Source: a virus. From it: 64,000 nucleotides of DNA. The first letter of the stretch is position 1. Each line of letters opens with the position of its first letter. The notes below the pieces were generated by a model that saw only the letters and a program-made list of their open reading frames with translations, was not told the DNA's origin and did no database searches. Shown piece after piece: positions 32,430 through 42,751 of this stretch. The DNA lies in IMG/VR virus record IMGVR_UViG_3300045988_174371, positions 128,001-192,000 of that record; one strand, given 5' to 3'. A program made the position numbers and the translations under genes.

Positions 32430-33989
32430 CTAGATTTTCTCTAGCTCCTCCGGCGGGTAGTTGAACTGCTCACCGTTTGCCTCTGCTGTGCGAATGAGGG
32501 TCATGAACCTGTGGGGGTCAGGGGCGTGCTCTAGGGCATCCTTGACGTAGCAGGGACCTGTTTCTGCGCGGCAAAGTTCCATTAGGATAGAGCACATGTC
32601 TTTACCTACAGATTGTAGGTCTCGGCGGATGTACTCGAAGTTTCCAGTCTTAATTGCTTCGATGAGCTCCCTGTCGGATTGTAGAATTTCCAGCACTTCG
32701 TGGGCGGGAATCATTCCGCCGTCCATGCGCTTCACCAAGGCTTGCGTCATGAAGACTCGTCCCACGGACGCGATGGATGAGAGTGAGTTCATTCGGAGTG
32801 TACCGTCGTCGTTGGTAGCGAGACGTTCCACAATACCTGCGCAGTCCTGAGCGTGAACGGTGGTTAGGGTGAGGTGCCCGGTTTCAGCCGCACGAATGGA
32901 TGCTTGAATTTCCTGCTCGGTACGAACCTCACCAATAAGGATGATGTTAGGGTTCTGGCGCATTGCGGACTTAATGCCATTAAGGAATGAGAAGGTGTCG
33001 GTATTTACCTCACGCTGAATGAAAAGGGTTCCGTTGCCGCGCGGGTTGTTACTATCGAAAAGGTATTCGATAGGCTGTTCGATGGTTACGATGGTCATAC
33101 CCATAGGTTCGCCGGTTACAGGGTGCGGCGTTGTAATGTGAAGCTGTATATGCAGGAGGCAAGCCGCCATTGTGGTTGATTTACCACTGCCGGTTACACC
33201 CCCGATGACGAGCATACCTGACTTCTGCCTAAGCGCCGCGATGAACGCTTCGGGGATGTTGTAGTTCTCAGGCTCCAAGATGTCTGTTGCCAGGAGACGG
33301 AAAACCAAGTTGATGCTGTCGCCAGGAGACACGTAGGTTACGCTGAGGCGGCAACGTCTGCCGGTGTACTTTCCTTTGGGGATGGTGTACGAGATGTCTA
33401 GTTCTCGGTCTGCCATGAACGTAGTCTTGGATGCGGTGATGGTTGCCGCCGTGAGGATTCTACCGAGGTCGCTACGGCTAGGTTCTGGTAGCTGTCGGTA
33501 AGGCATAAGTCCGTTATTGATTTTAAATCGGATAGCGGTCTCTGGCTGAATGTATACGTCACTAGCACCCATGTCGTATGCGTCGCTGAGGATACTACTA
33601 AGCGGGAAGCCGGGAGCTTCTTCATGGCTAACGGGTATGGACTTGCGAAGGTTGCTACGTTCCCCTTCACGCTCAACTGCCCCATATTTATCAATGGTTG
33701 CGGCGGCGATGTCTTTACTGGTTACGACGCTTACCTTCGCCTGAGATGAGGTTTCCTGCTTTACTTTCTGGAGGATTTCTTCAAGGAGCGCTTCGTGGTC
33801 GATGGGAGTGGCGACCACCTCCGCGCTTTCGGCAGAGCTAGGCTCTTCGGCAGGCGGAGGGGTGGGGTCTTCAGCGTATTGGGAGATAGTGGAGCTGAGG
33901 TTTTTAAGGCGTGCTTCCTCAGCGTTTGCGTCTCTTGAAGGGTTGAGATTATTCTGCTTGAGCGCAGATAGGGAGATGGGGGCAGGCAT
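32430..33989 (-). CDS. PilT/VirB11-family secretion ATPase (519 aa)
   Basis: Walker A GGVTGSGKSTT, IEQPIEY, Walker B PNIILIGEVR, His-box TGHLTLTTVHA. N-terminal extension of about 150 aa. Confidence 0.85.
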   Translation of the reverse strand: MPAPISLSALKQNNLNPSRDANAEEARLKNLSSTISQYAEDPTPPPAEEPSSAESAEVVATPIDHEALLEEILQKVKQETSSQAKVSVVTSKDIAAATIDKYGAVEREGERSNLRKSIPVSHEEAPGFPLSSILSDAYDMGASDVYIQPETAIRFKINNGLMPYRQLPEPSRSDLGRILTAATITASKTTFMADRELDISYTIPKGKYTGRRCRLSVTYVSPGDSINLVFRLLATDILEPENYNIPEAFIAALRQKSGMLVIGGVTGSGKSTTMAACLLHIQLHITTPHPVTGEPMGMTIVTIEQPIEYLFDSNNPRGNGTLFIQREVNTDTFSFLNGIKSAMRQNPNIILIGEVRTEQEIQASIRAAETGHLTLTTVHAQDCAGIVERLATNDDGTLRMNSLSSIASVGRVFMTQALVKRMDGGMIPAHEVLEILQSDRELIEAIKTGNFEYIRRDLQSVGKDMCSILMELCRAETGPCYVKDALEHAPDPHRFMTLIRTAEANGEQFNYPPEELEKI

Positions 33990-34116
33990 TGTCTGGCGTG
34001 TCCTTTCAGGCGGTGTGCAGGTGGTTAGTTTTCAGACCTACATAACGTATATCTGAACACTCTTTTTTGCTATGGCTTCCATGTAGGTTTCCGTCTAGTT
34101 TTGGGGGCGTTTCGGC

Positions 34117-34590
34117 ATGTTGAGCAGGTTTTTGGGGCTTTGGTGGGTGCGTTCTAGCGCCCTATTTTTTGTGCCTAAAGAGGGCGAGAAGTGGGGTACT
34201 TTCTGTGGGAGGGTAGGACTTATTGCAGGGCTAGGATTAAGTGTTGCTCTTGGGGGTTTGGGGAAGCTGTTGGGGATGTCTGGCTGGGTTGATGCTTGGG
34301 ACTTCTTGGGCGGCTGGAGTGTGGTATTTTTCGCTGTCGCTGTCGGGTTAATTGGCATTGGGGCGCTATTTAGCCCCGCTGAGGAAGCTATTGTTCCTTC
34401 TAGCGGGGCTAAATCTGCGGGCAATACTGCGCGGAAGCGTAAGAAGAGCCGCAAAGTTCCGCCTCAGCAAGCACAAGTTGTTCCTCCGCACAGCATTGCT
34501 GATGACGAACCTACTATTCCGCTAATGTATGGCGAGGTGGATGCAACTATCCCTCTTCCTGCGAACTATAGGTTTGACATGCTGAAATAG
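34117..34590 (+). CDS. possible membrane protein (157 aa)
   Basis: Two hydrophobic helices and a basic K/R patch. It is the only plus-strand ORF in this block and overlaps the convergent 3' end of 34566..36311 by 25 nt. Confidence 0.35.
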   Translation: MLSRFLGLWWVRSSALFFVPKEGEKWGTFCGRVGLIAGLGLSVALGGLGKLLGMSGWVDAWDFLGGWSVVFFAVAVGLIGIGALFSPAEEAIVPSSGAKSAGNTARKRKKSRKVPPQQAQVVPPHSIADDEPTIPLMYGEVDATIPLPANYRFDMLK

Positions 34591-36311
34591 TCTTCCAGCT
34601 CTTTAGTGGTTTCTGGGCTGAATAGGTTGTACCCTGTCCCCCGTACAATGTCGTATGCGAGGATGGACATGCCCTCAGAGTAGCCCTTATTATTCAGCAG
34701 GTAATTGAATCCACCGGGTAGGCTGACGTTCACAGCGTCGAGGGCGGCTTCATGCAGGTAGGGCACGCCTGTGAGCACGGGGATTCCGTTGATACTGTAG
34801 TCGGCTACCTGCCAGAATCCGAGCGCAGAGCCTTTCTTGACGATATGGTCTGGCTCTATCTTGTTCACGAAGATTCTTATACGGCGCGGGTTCATGCCAC
34901 CACCGCCACGTTTTACCGACCCTAACCCATAGGTGAACTGCCTTTTCATGGTGTCCAGCGGGATAGGGTATGGTTCTGCAACATAGAACAGCTTATGCGT
35001 GAGTGGGTATGCGCACAGCGTCATGTAAGGGTCTGCAAGTTGCACTGACGTGTCAATGATGACTACATCATAATGCTCTCTGAGGATGCTGATGATGGCG
35101 CGGTAGAAGTTTGGGTCTAGGTCGTTGAGGTCGCGAGGGTCTTCAGGAGCGAGTAGCGTATCATACCCTACTCGCTCATTCTGAACGATGTACTTCTCAA
35201 TGATGCGCCAGTCCTTCTCCTTATCTTCCCCTAGAGCCCTATGCTCACCGTTCATAGTCGCTTCGTACAGCTCATTGAAGATGCCCACTACTGTCTTGCT
35301 TTGGTCACTAGTATTGAAGCCTACCTGACCGTCTTGCAGGTCGAGGTCTACTACGATAACTTTCAATGCGTGTTTAGCGTATCCGTAAGCTTCCGCTTCT
35401 TTACCCCATGTGGTGAGGGCGTGGGCGATACCTAGCGATGTGGTAGTTTTACCTGTACCACCCTTCTTAGATGTTACGGTGATGACTCGCCCAAGATAGG
35501 GGGAACCGTCGATGTGCGTCTCATCAGGGTCTATTTCGTCCTGGATAGCCGCCAAGTCTGGATTGGTACGGGACTCTAGGATGCCTCGGAACGCTAGTAC
35601 GGGGTCTGCGTAAGAGGGCGGGTTTGCGAGAAACAGCTGAAGCATCTCGTAGAATTGCATTGCGATGTAGCTCTCAGGGACGCTCTCCCAGGGTGCTTCA
35701 GGGTTACCGGGAACCATGCGCGTCATTTCGATGTTGTACGTGGTGTAGGGTAGACCTTCGTTGTACAGCATGTTCTTCACGGCAGTGTTGATGGCGTAAA
35801 GCTGGCTGTGTTCGTTTGCGTCGCTAGGCTCTTCAAGCACGAATATTGGTGTTTCTACCATGATGTCTGCCATGATGCGTAGAACATTAGGCACCTGCTG
35901 AGGGTTGCGGAGACTGTTTCGGCGTAGTTCGATGTAGTAATCCGAATGCACAACAATAGCGTCCATAGTGTTAGAGATTGACGGCAATTCGGAGTGAATA
36001 TCGTTCCAGAGGTATTCAATGGTAGGGCATACACCAATGATTTCAGGGAACAGCAACTTATCCACGTCTTCAGGAGTTACCCCATAGAGGCTTGGTGAGT
36101 CTTTCAAGGGCGCTAGAGGTCCTTCGCCAGGGACAACCGGAGGCATTAGGAGCTTCAGCGTCTCACGGTAGAAAGCGGCATCTAGAACTTCGTCGGAGGC
36201 TTCAGAATCTAGCGGCTTGCGTGGGTTCTTGAGCTTGCTAAACTGTTCCGTACCAGAGATGTAGACAATGTTTGGCTTCTGGTAAAGCTTACGATTGGTG
36301 TTCGTCGCCAT
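34566..36311 (-). CDS. ParA/MinD-superfamily ATPase, TadZ/CpaE-like (581 aa)
   Basis: Deviant Walker A SKKGGTGKTTTS, VVDLDLQDG and VIIDTS. N-terminal domain of about 270 aa is unknown. SD AGGAGAA. Confidence 0.75.
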   Translation of the reverse strand: MATNTNRKLYQKPNIVYISGTEQFSKLKNPRKPLDSEASDEVLDAAFYRETLKLLMPPVVPGEGPLAPLKDSPSLYGVTPEDVDKLLFPEIIGVCPTIEYLWNDIHSELPSISNTMDAIVVHSDYYIELRRNSLRNPQQVPNVLRIMADIMVETPIFVLEEPSDANEHSQLYAINTAVKNMLYNEGLPYTTYNIEMTRMVPGNPEAPWESVPESYIAMQFYEMLQLFLANPPSYADPVLAFRGILESRTNPDLAAIQDEIDPDETHIDGSPYLGRVITVTSKKGGTGKTTTSLGIAHALTTWGKEAEAYGYAKHALKVIVVDLDLQDGQVGFNTSDQSKTVVGIFNELYEATMNGEHRALGEDKEKDWRIIEKYIVQNERVGYDTLLAPEDPRDLNDLDPNFYRAIISILREHYDVVIIDTSVQLADPYMTLCAYPLTHKLFYVAEPYPIPLDTMKRQFTYGLGSVKRGGGGMNPRRIRIFVNKIEPDHIVKKGSALGFWQVADYSINGIPVLTGVPYLHEAALDAVNVSLPGGFNYLLNNKGYSEGMSILAYDIVRGTGYNLFSPETTKELEDYFSMSNL

Positions 36312-36335
36312 GTGGTTCTCCTGAAATGGTTAGTT

Positions 36336-37610
36336 CTAGGTAATCTGTTGCTGGTGGGCTTCGTCGTAGGGGTTGGAGCTGAATGCCTTCACTAGGCTTG
36401 GTAGCCAGACTACGATTTGGACGTATCCACGCCGCTTTCTCATATCCTGCATGATGCAACTGCCTTTACCTGGCAAGTTTGCTATCGCATCGATGACTTG
36501 GCGGGCATCGTCGCTCAGCTCCTTCCCGTCAGTTTTGAGACCCATAGCTCTTGCGCCTACCTTTGCGTCGTCGCGCGAGTTTGCGAACGCGAAGTGGGTG
36601 CTAATGAGGGATACGTCGAGTCCGGTTGAGGCATTGAAGATATGGGCGTAGCTCTGAGTTCCAAGGACTAGCGCTAGGTTATTGGAACGCCCGAGAAGTG
36701 CCGTTGATTTGATGAGGTTAGCCCCCGACTGATTGGCAATAATTGACCACGCCTCATCGATTGCTACAACCTTCTTGATGTTCTTGGGCATCCTTGACAT
36801 GCTTTGCCTGACCAGTAGGGTAATCATGGTTAGGATTGCCTGCCCCACTGCCTTGCTTGGGTCTTTGAGGTCTACAATGGTTTTCGGAAGCTCATTGAGG
36901 CGAGAGAGGTCGATGACGGTGACACCGGGAGCGAACTTGAAGTATCGGGCAGGCTTACGGTCTGGCTCTGAAAGCAGGGTAACTCCTGCGCCTTCACTCA
37001 GAGTGTTGATGAGGGTTAGCGCGATGCCTTTCAGTTGCTCGTTGCCCGTGTCACTTGCAACCTTAATGAGCATGTTCAAGAAGACATCCATGCTTTTATC
37101 GTGCGGGCGTGACTTAATTACGTCTGTTATGGTTGCTTCTACCCAAGGGCGAACCGCATTGTCAGAGAGAGCATCTGGGACAATTGCGTGCATCATTGCG
37201 TGGACTGCGTTGCGTATGTCTGCTTTTGCATCCTCGGGTTTTTCTGCATTGTCGAAGATGACGAATGGGTCTAGGATGCCGACATTATTGGGGTCACTAG
37301 GGTCAATAGTCTTGATATTGCATGGCACGCCTAGGGTGTCTTCAATATTGATAATCTTGAGTAGGTCACCCTTCCAGTCGATGCCCACCACAGCGGCTCC
37401 TTGCAGGGCGGCAAGTGAAAGTATCCAAAGCATCCCGAAGGTTTTACCGCTACCTGGCTGTCCCGTGAATAGAGTTACGGGCGGCTTGTCGTTCAGGTTG
37501 GCGGCGTGTAGGTCGAAGAACACTGGGATGTCAGCTCTGAGGTTTGCACCAATTGCGTTAGGCTGTCCATACTTGTAGCTGTTGGTGCTCGCTTCTTCGT
37601 TGGTGCTCAT
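36336..37610 (-). CDS. VirB4/TrsE (AAA_10)-like conjugation ATPase, short form (424 aa)
   Basis: Walker A GQPGSGKT and Walker B VVAIDEAW. ATGA overlap with the upstream gene. Confidence 0.7.
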   Translation of the reverse strand: MSTNEEASTNSYKYGQPNAIGANLRADIPVFFDLHAANLNDKPPVTLFTGQPGSGKTFGMLWILSLAALQGAAVVGIDWKGDLLKIINIEDTLGVPCNIKTIDPSDPNNVGILDPFVIFDNAEKPEDAKADIRNAVHAMMHAIVPDALSDNAVRPWVEATITDVIKSRPHDKSMDVFLNMLIKVASDTGNEQLKGIALTLINTLSEGAGVTLLSEPDRKPARYFKFAPGVTVIDLSRLNELPKTIVDLKDPSKAVGQAILTMITLLVRQSMSRMPKNIKKVVAIDEAWSIIANQSGANLIKSTALLGRSNNLALVLGTQSYAHIFNASTGLDVSLISTHFAFANSRDDAKVGARAMGLKTDGKELSDDARQVIDAIANLPGKGSCIMQDMRKRRGYVQIVVWLPSLVKAFSSNPYDEAHQQQIT

Positions 37611-38116
37611 TTTTTGGGCTCCCCCTTATTCTTCCGTGGTTGCGCCTTCTTCTTAGGCTTATATTTCTTCTCGGTCTGCTGTAGCTCGTAAAGAGCGTCG
37701 TATGAGCGGTTAGATACCTGAACCATGCTTGAGATGCGGTATACTCGCTTCGCGTTGGGGTCGTATTCAATGCCGTCTAGGTAGCCGCGCGCTTGCTTCT
37801 TCCATTGGCGCTTAGCAAGCAGGTATTTACCTGCTGTCATGCCGTCAAACTTTTCGGAAGTGTCACCTAGCTTCTTGCCTGCGTAGATACCAATTACTAG
37901 CGCGGGTGCCCATGCCCAGAGTAGGGTGATGATGATAGCTATCCCGAAGAGGATGAGTAGAAGAACTGCGAGTCCTACATATATGCCGAGTGCCAAACAT
38001 GCAATCCAAATGAACTGCGTCTGAGAGATGGGCTTACTGAACGTGTAGCCGCCAAATTCCCAGAACTGGTTGTCGCGCGCGAACACTTCGGTCGCGTTAT
38101 CGATTCGAATACTCAC
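37607..38116 (-). CDS. 2-TM membrane protein in VirB3/TcpE-like position (169 aa)
   Basis: Hydrophobic hairpin LGIYVGLAVLLLILFGIAIIITLLWAWAPALVIGIY. Translationally coupled to the VirB4-like ATPase. Confidence 0.55.
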   Translation of the reverse strand: MSIRIDNATEVFARDNQFWEFGGYTFSKPISQTQFIWIACLALGIYVGLAVLLLILFGIAIIITLLWAWAPALVIGIYAGKKLGDTSEKFDGMTAGKYLLAKRQWKKQARGYLDGIEYDPNAKRVYRISSMVQVSNRSYDALYELQQTEKKYKPKKKAQPRKNKGEPKK

Positions 38117-38199
38117 AAGAGCGCCCCCTCAGGCATGTAGTACGGATGATTATAAAGGCATCACATATTACATAGCTGAGAGGGCGCTCTTTAAGAGGT

Positions 38200-38919
38200 C
38201 TACCACTTGAGCTCTACTGGCTCTGGTGTGGGGTCGTCTGGTGATGGGATGTGCACTTCTAGCGGGTAATCTGGCTCTTGTTCTGCTGTCGGGAGCAGTT
38301 TTGCGGCGGCGGTTTTAGCTTTCTTCGCCTCTGCTTTGCGCTCTTCACGGGCGATAAGCTTATAGTATTGGGTTACGCCGTCGTTGGGGTCGGTCTTACC
38401 GTCCTGGGGAACGATAGGGATTTTGTGGTCGGGGTCGATTTGCCATTGCTCGGCAATTTCTTCCAGCTCAGGTCGTTCTACTGCCTTGGTGATGTATCCT
38501 GCGGGGTCTACTTCGGTTATGGTGAGGTGGAAGCGGCGGTATCGGGTGAGGGCTCCGGGCGGGTTCTTCCACACCCCTCCGTAGGCGAAGGTGGTCTCTA
38601 CTAGGTGTTTCGCATCGTCGTCTTCCCACCAGCGCCCGGTGAAGCCGTCGAGTATTGGCTTTAGTACAGGGGCGTAGTTTGCGGGGTCTAGGTGCGTACC
38701 GCCACCCATGCCTAGTACCTCGAATCGGGCGGTATAGTGTTTCAGCGGCGTGAAGTCTGGGTGTTTCTCTAGGTACTGTGAGGCATGGTTAGAAGCGATA
38801 CCTCGTAATGCTTTGAATGCGGCGGCACGGACGAATGGGGAGATGCGCGCGTTCTCTGTAATAACCATGTGCGTTGGTATGTCGAGTACCATGTCGATTA
38901 CTTGTGGCTTGCGAGGCAT
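38200..38919 (-). CDS. RusA-like resolvase domain protein (239 aa)
   Basis: LDPANYAPVLKPILDGFTGRWWEDDD resembles the RusA D(P)xN..K...DG...(D)DD motif. C-terminal extension. Confidence 0.5.
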   Translation of the reverse strand: MPRKPQVIDMVLDIPTHMVITENARISPFVRAAAFKALRGIASNHASQYLEKHPDFTPLKHYTARFEVLGMGGGTHLDPANYAPVLKPILDGFTGRWWEDDDAKHLVETTFAYGGVWKNPPGALTRYRRFHLTITEVDPAGYITKAVERPELEEIAEQWQIDPDHKIPIVPQDGKTDPNDGVTQYYKLIAREERKAEAKKAKTAAAKLLPTAEQEPDYPLEVHIPSPDDPTPEPVELKW

Positions 38920-38985
38920 TTCACTCCTTAATATGAGAGGGAGGTGAGAAGCATTAGGTAACAGCTTCCCACCTCCCTGTTGTGG

Positions 38986-39627
38986 CTATAGCGCGTCAAG
39001 CGATACAGCGGAAATTGGCTTGTAGTTGTAGTCGTTGATGTCCTGCGAAAACTCTTCGTAATGCTGAGCGTTTTCGCCAGTATAGTACCCTTCAGGGGGT
39101 TGCGGCACCCCGGCGATAGTGTAGATGAAGTTCTGCGCTATTCTACGAAGAGCAGTGTTTGCGCGAGACTTAATGTCTTGCACCCATGAGTCGATGGCTT
39201 GCGAGTCGCCATCTTCAATATGTGGCTTAATGATGTCGTAAGTTAGCGGGTGGAATAGTTCTTGGGTCTGCCTTACGACATGTTGGATGCGCATACTGGA
39301 TGCGGAGTTCTTGAGATTACGTAGTTGCGCTTCATCTAGGGGCAGGGTAACACGCTGGTTGATGTAGAACATGTAGCCCAGCTGAAGTTCAGCGATAACT
39401 CGGATAAACTCGTTGGTCATATGGTAGACGGTAGAGTCCGGGAAGTTATCAATGGTTTTCAGGTCGTCGGGTAGCAATTCGAAGACCTTCCGTTCAAGGT
39501 CACTTCCGGTATATAGGGCAGTGGATGCGTGACCGGCGGCGGCGTTCCATGTGTCGTCGCGGTTGAATACAGAGTAGACGGGTGCTTCGTATTCTTTCAT
39601 GAAGGGTTTATGCATTAGGTTCCCCAT
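38986..39627 (-). CDS. hypothetical protein (213 aa)
   Basis: ORF in an operon context. The start is uncertain (ATG 39627 or 39615). Confidence 0.55.
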   Translation of the reverse strand: MGNLMHKPFMKEYEAPVYSVFNRDDTWNAAAGHASTALYTGSDLERKVFELLPDDLKTIDNFPDSTVYHMTNEFIRVIAELQLGYMFYINQRVTLPLDEAQLRNLKNSASSMRIQHVVRQTQELFHPLTYDIIKPHIEDGDSQAIDSWVQDIKSRANTALRRIAQNFIYTIAGVPQPPEGYYTGENAQHYEEFSQDINDYNYKPISAVSLDAL

Positions 39628-39656
39628 GTTCTATAGGTGGGTTATTACCCCATAAT

Positions 39657-39690
39657 GATAGCACACCAGATACGTATCTGGTGTGCTATC
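39657..39690 (-). terminator. perfect 17-bp hairpin
   Basis: gatagcacaccagatac pairs with gtatctggtgtgctatc. Confidence 0.6.
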
Positions 39691-39707
39691 ATTTGCCGTT
39701 TAGAGGC

Positions 39708-39842
39708 TTATACGTTAGTGTTTCCCAGTACGGCGAGAAGGCTTTGGAGGAAGTCGTGCCCTGGGGGAGTAATTAGAAGTACCGCCACTATCACCACCAG
39801 CACGAATCCGAAGATGATAACGTTCATCAGTTCGTCGTTCAT
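39708..39842 (-). CDS. possible 44-aa single-TM peptide
   Basis: Hand translation gives MNDELMNVIIFGFVLVVIVAVLLITPPGHDFLQSLLAVLGNTNV. It starts 6 nt after the stop of 39848..40462 and is followed by the hairpin. Confidence 0.4.
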   Translation of the reverse strand: MNDELMNVIIFGFVLVVIVAVLLITPPGHDFLQSLLAVLGNTNV

Positions 39843-39847
39843 TTGTG

Positions 39848-40462
39848 TTATGCCTCCTGGTATGCCTTACCTGTTTTACGAGCCTTCTCAGCCTTTGCGA
39901 TGGTTGCCTTACCATCTTTAGCCTTGCTCTCCATCCTTAGCCAGTGCTTATACTCCTCGTTATCGAGTGCTTCTAGCTCTGCCTGACTCATCTTTGCGGC
40001 GGCTTCCTGCTCCGCTCTCTGTTCTTCCTGGAACGCGGCAAGCTCCTCAGGGGTGTACGACTCTTGCAGGTGAGCTAGGTAGATGGATGCGGCGGCTTCC
40101 AACCCGCCTTCAGCAATAAGGTTCGTGCTAATGGTGACATTGCTGTGCCCGGTACTGCGCACCTTTGATGCTGAGATGGGGATTTCGATACGGTTCTTGC
40201 GGGTGTTGTAGAGGACGGGTGCCCCTGCTTTCAAGAGTCTGAGTAGGTTGTCTACTGCTTCTTGGTTTAGCGCCTGGGTTCGTTTGAATCGGCGGATAGC
40301 GTTGAGTTTCGCCAGCTTTGAGAGACTTGAGAACTCTACCAGGTCGGGGTTTCTTTCAAGGGCGGCTTCTACGTCGGATTGGTCGATGTAGTCGCTGTAA
40401 TAAGCGCGCTGTGGCGGTTTTTTACTCGCCTTTCCTGCTTGTCGTTTCGTTGATTGAGCCAT
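39848..40462 (-). CDS. hypothetical basic/coiled-coil protein (204 aa)
   Basis: ORF in an operon context. Confidence 0.55.
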   Translation of the reverse strand: MAQSTKRQAGKASKKPPQRAYYSDYIDQSDVEAALERNPDLVEFSSLSKLAKLNAIRRFKRTQALNQEAVDNLLRLLKAGAPVLYNTRKNRIEIPISASKVRSTGHSNVTISTNLIAEGGLEAAASIYLAHLQESYTPEELAAFQEEQRAEQEAAAKMSQAELEALDNEEYKHWLRMESKAKDGKATIAKAEKARKTGKAYQEA

Positions 40463-40484
40463 AGGTTGTTGCCCCTTTTTCTGG

Positions 40485-40985
40485 TTAGTATTTCTGGGTG
40501 ATGAACGGCTGTGGAAGATGCTCTACGACCTTACCTAGGATAGGGTCGTTACTTAGGATTAGAGTCATTTGGTCGCGGCGTTCTACGACTTCCCGCAATT
40601 CCCTCAGTGTTGGCTCAAGCTTCTCCTCGAACCAACGGCGGGTTTCGAAGTCCAGACCTTCAGAGGTGAAGCCCCATACGGCTTCCTCCACGGAGCTTCT
40701 AAGTACCTCATACCCATTTGATAGCGTTGCTCCACTGAACTTTTCTGAGTAAAGAGGGCATTCGTCGCTTTGGTACCATTTCGGGCGCTCTCCCTCATTG
40801 ACCGCTGGCAGGTTAGAGTGAGCATCAGCGAAGATTTTGCAGAGTTTAGCAACAATCTCGTTGTCTTTCTGCGAAATCATTCGTAGGGTAGTATTAAGCC
40901 TCTGTATCTTTGCGTAGGTAATGTATAGAGCCGCTAGGGATGCTACCACGATAGCGATTAGAATTACTCCACTGAAGAGGTTCAT
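40485..40985 (-). CDS. N-terminally anchored membrane protein (166 aa)
   Basis: MNLFSG-VILIAIVVASLAALYI is a signal-anchor or prepilin-like N-terminus without Glu5. Confidence 0.55.
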   Translation of the reverse strand: MNLFSGVILIAIVVASLAALYITYAKIQRLNTTLRMISQKDNEIVAKLCKIFADAHSNLPAVNEGERPKWYQSDECPLYSEKFSGATLSNGYEVLRSSVEEAVWGFTSEGLDFETRRWFEEKLEPTLRELREVVERRDQMTLILSNDPILGKVVEHLPQPFITQKY

Positions 40986-40994
40986 AATGTCTCC

Positions 40995-41909
40995 TTATAG
41001 TCGTTGCAGTAGTATGAGTGATGAGATGACGATGACAGCTACACTCCCCCATAGAACTCCACTGTTCAGGGCTTCGCTTTTAGCCTCAAAGGTCGCAAAG
41101 CGGTAGGTGTACCACAGCTTACCTTTTCGAGGGATGATTGGGGAGAAGAGGGGGACTCCAGCTTTGGTAAATGCGTCACCGATGATGTGGACTACCGCAC
41201 CAATACCTAGGCTATATCCTAGCCAAGTGTACTGCCCCGCCGGGATAGCGTTAAAGAATAGCAGTGTCACGGCAACTGATACGAGGAACATTAGCGTGGA
41301 GCCGATGTTCTTAACGCCCTTAACGGCTTTCAATGCTCCTACATTTAGACCTGACATGGCGATATGCATAGCCGCTAAACATAGTGTGGCGGCTATGAGT
41401 GCCCCCAGGTTGCTGATGCCTACGAACCCGAACGGCAATAGTACTGCCGTTGTGAGGGGGTTGCTGGTTAGGAAGTTCACGATGAGAGCGAGCGCACCAG
41501 CGCCAACTAGGGAATGCCAGAATCCGCGATGCACTACGTCATGTGCTTTAGCGCGGGACTTCGCATCTTGCTTAGTGTGAATGGTCTGGACAAGCCGTGA
41601 GCTTTCACGGAACGCAAAGGTGATGGGCTCACCGAAGATACCCATTGACGACTTTGCGGTTGATGAGGTGTTATCGAAGTCGGGGATAAGCGCGCCTGCC
41701 ACAAACGCAACAGCAGAGAGAACATATAGCCCCATACTTGGGCTGTTGCCCAGTACGAAGTTAATGGAGCTACTTCCGGCGAAGGCGAGAAACGCGAGGA
41801 AAGCCGCAAGACCTGTGGATGCGTGAGCTTGCCCCATGAGCGCGTCATCTTGTTCACCTATGGTATGGGTTATGCCGTGAGTCCAGCAGACGTGTTGCGG
41901 TGGTGCCAA
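40995..41909 (-). CDS. membrane-bound metal-dependent hydrolase, YdjM/DUF457-like (304 aa)
   Basis: N-terminal WTHGITH, HRGFWHS and several TM helices. TTG start behind AGGAGA. Confidence 0.6.
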   Translation of the reverse strand: MAPPQHVCWTHGITHTIGEQDDALMGQAHASTGLAAFLAFLAFAGSSSINFVLGNSPSMGLYVLSAVAFVAGALIPDFDNTSSTAKSSMGIFGEPITFAFRESSRLVQTIHTKQDAKSRAKAHDVVHRGFWHSLVGAGALALIVNFLTSNPLTTAVLLPFGFVGISNLGALIAATLCLAAMHIAMSGLNVGALKAVKGVKNIGSTLMFLVSVAVTLLFFNAIPAGQYTWLGYSLGIGAVVHIIGDAFTKAGVPLFSPIIPRKGKLWYTYRFATFEAKSEALNSGVLWGSVAVIVISSLILLQRL

Positions 41910-41967
41910 TGTGGTGGTTCTCCTGTGTAGATAAGCGGGTAAGTATCAATCTATACATTAGATATAG

Positions 41968-42015
41968 CGAGAGCGTGTGAGTCCCTAGATACTCTAAGGT
42001 TTCACACGCTCTCGC
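41968..42015 (-). terminator. hairpin terminator of 42026..42724
   Basis: gcgagagcgtgtga pairs with tcacacgctctcgc. Confidence 0.6.
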
Positions 42016-42025
42016 AGGTATTCAG

Positions 42026-42724
42026 CTATTCTGCTTCAGGTTCACTTTCAGGCTTTACGCCTAGCAGTCTATCCCTGAAGGAGGGTTTCGATGCGGCGGC
42101 TTTGCGCGCCTCTTCTTTCCGTTCAGCTACATTCGCTGAGTACGCCTCTTTCCGTTCGTCATACTTGCGTGTACGCCCATCACGCACACCAAATTCCTCT
42201 GCTTCCTTCTCTTCTTCCGTCTTATGTAGGAAGGGTAGGGAAGCGAAGAGGAACGCTATCGTGGCGTATGTAATGAATGAGCCTGCGAACATGTTTGATG
42301 ATGACATTAGTGTCACCAAAGCAACGACAAAAACGTTGGTCAGACATACAGCCCAGATGCGCACCTTGCGACTGAAAAACTCACGGTCTTTAATGGGAAC
42401 CCATGTCCCGCCGCTCTTCTCGGTAAGGTACTCCCCTGCGGCGTATGATGCCATATACATAAGCGAAGCACCAGTATAGACAGCGGGAATGCCAGCTATA
42501 AGCCATTTCGCGGTAGTCCAGAGCCGCGTATGCGGTAGCAGGAAGTCCGCGAGGGTGGTTACGACAATAGCGGCGACTAGCACAGCACCCCAGGTGAAGA
42601 TGCGTTTCTTGTCACGCGAGTTCCATGTTGCACGGATGAGGCTCACGTGGGTTCTTCCGTGGTCGTCGGCGTTGGCTCCCAGGTAATTAAGGAAGTCCTT
42701 TACTTGTATTAGCGCTTTGCCCAT
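42026..42724 (-). CDS. polytopic membrane protein (232 aa)
   Basis: 4 hydrophobic helices and a charged C-terminal tail. Confidence 0.6.
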   Translation of the reverse strand: MGKALIQVKDFLNYLGANADDHGRTHVSLIRATWNSRDKKRIFTWGAVLVAAIVVTTLADFLLPHTRLWTTAKWLIAGIPAVYTGASLMYMASYAAGEYLTEKSGGTWVPIKDREFFSRKVRIWAVCLTNVFVVALVTLMSSSNMFAGSFITYATIAFLFASLPFLHKTEEEKEAEEFGVRDGRTRKYDERKEAYSANVAERKEEARKAAASKPSFRDRLLGVKPESEPEAE

Positions 42725-42751
42725 GAGGGCTCCTTTCGTGATGTGCTACAC

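Noticed and set aside
34095-34454. 119-aa minus-strand ORF overlapping 34117..34590 (+).
   Set aside because: It is P/A/S/T-rich and low complexity, with no SD. The plus-strand frame at least encodes two clean TM helices, although it too is low confidence.
36733-37578. 281-aa plus-strand ORF. Similar long antisense ORFs include 63287..63997, 62384..62914, 5349..5783, 41107..41580, 26964..27614 (-) and 31815..32222 (-).
   Set aside because: Each is antisense to a gene with clear family motifs or better signals. Their compositions are Ser/Arg/Leu/Pro-rich shadow-frame types and they lack an SD.
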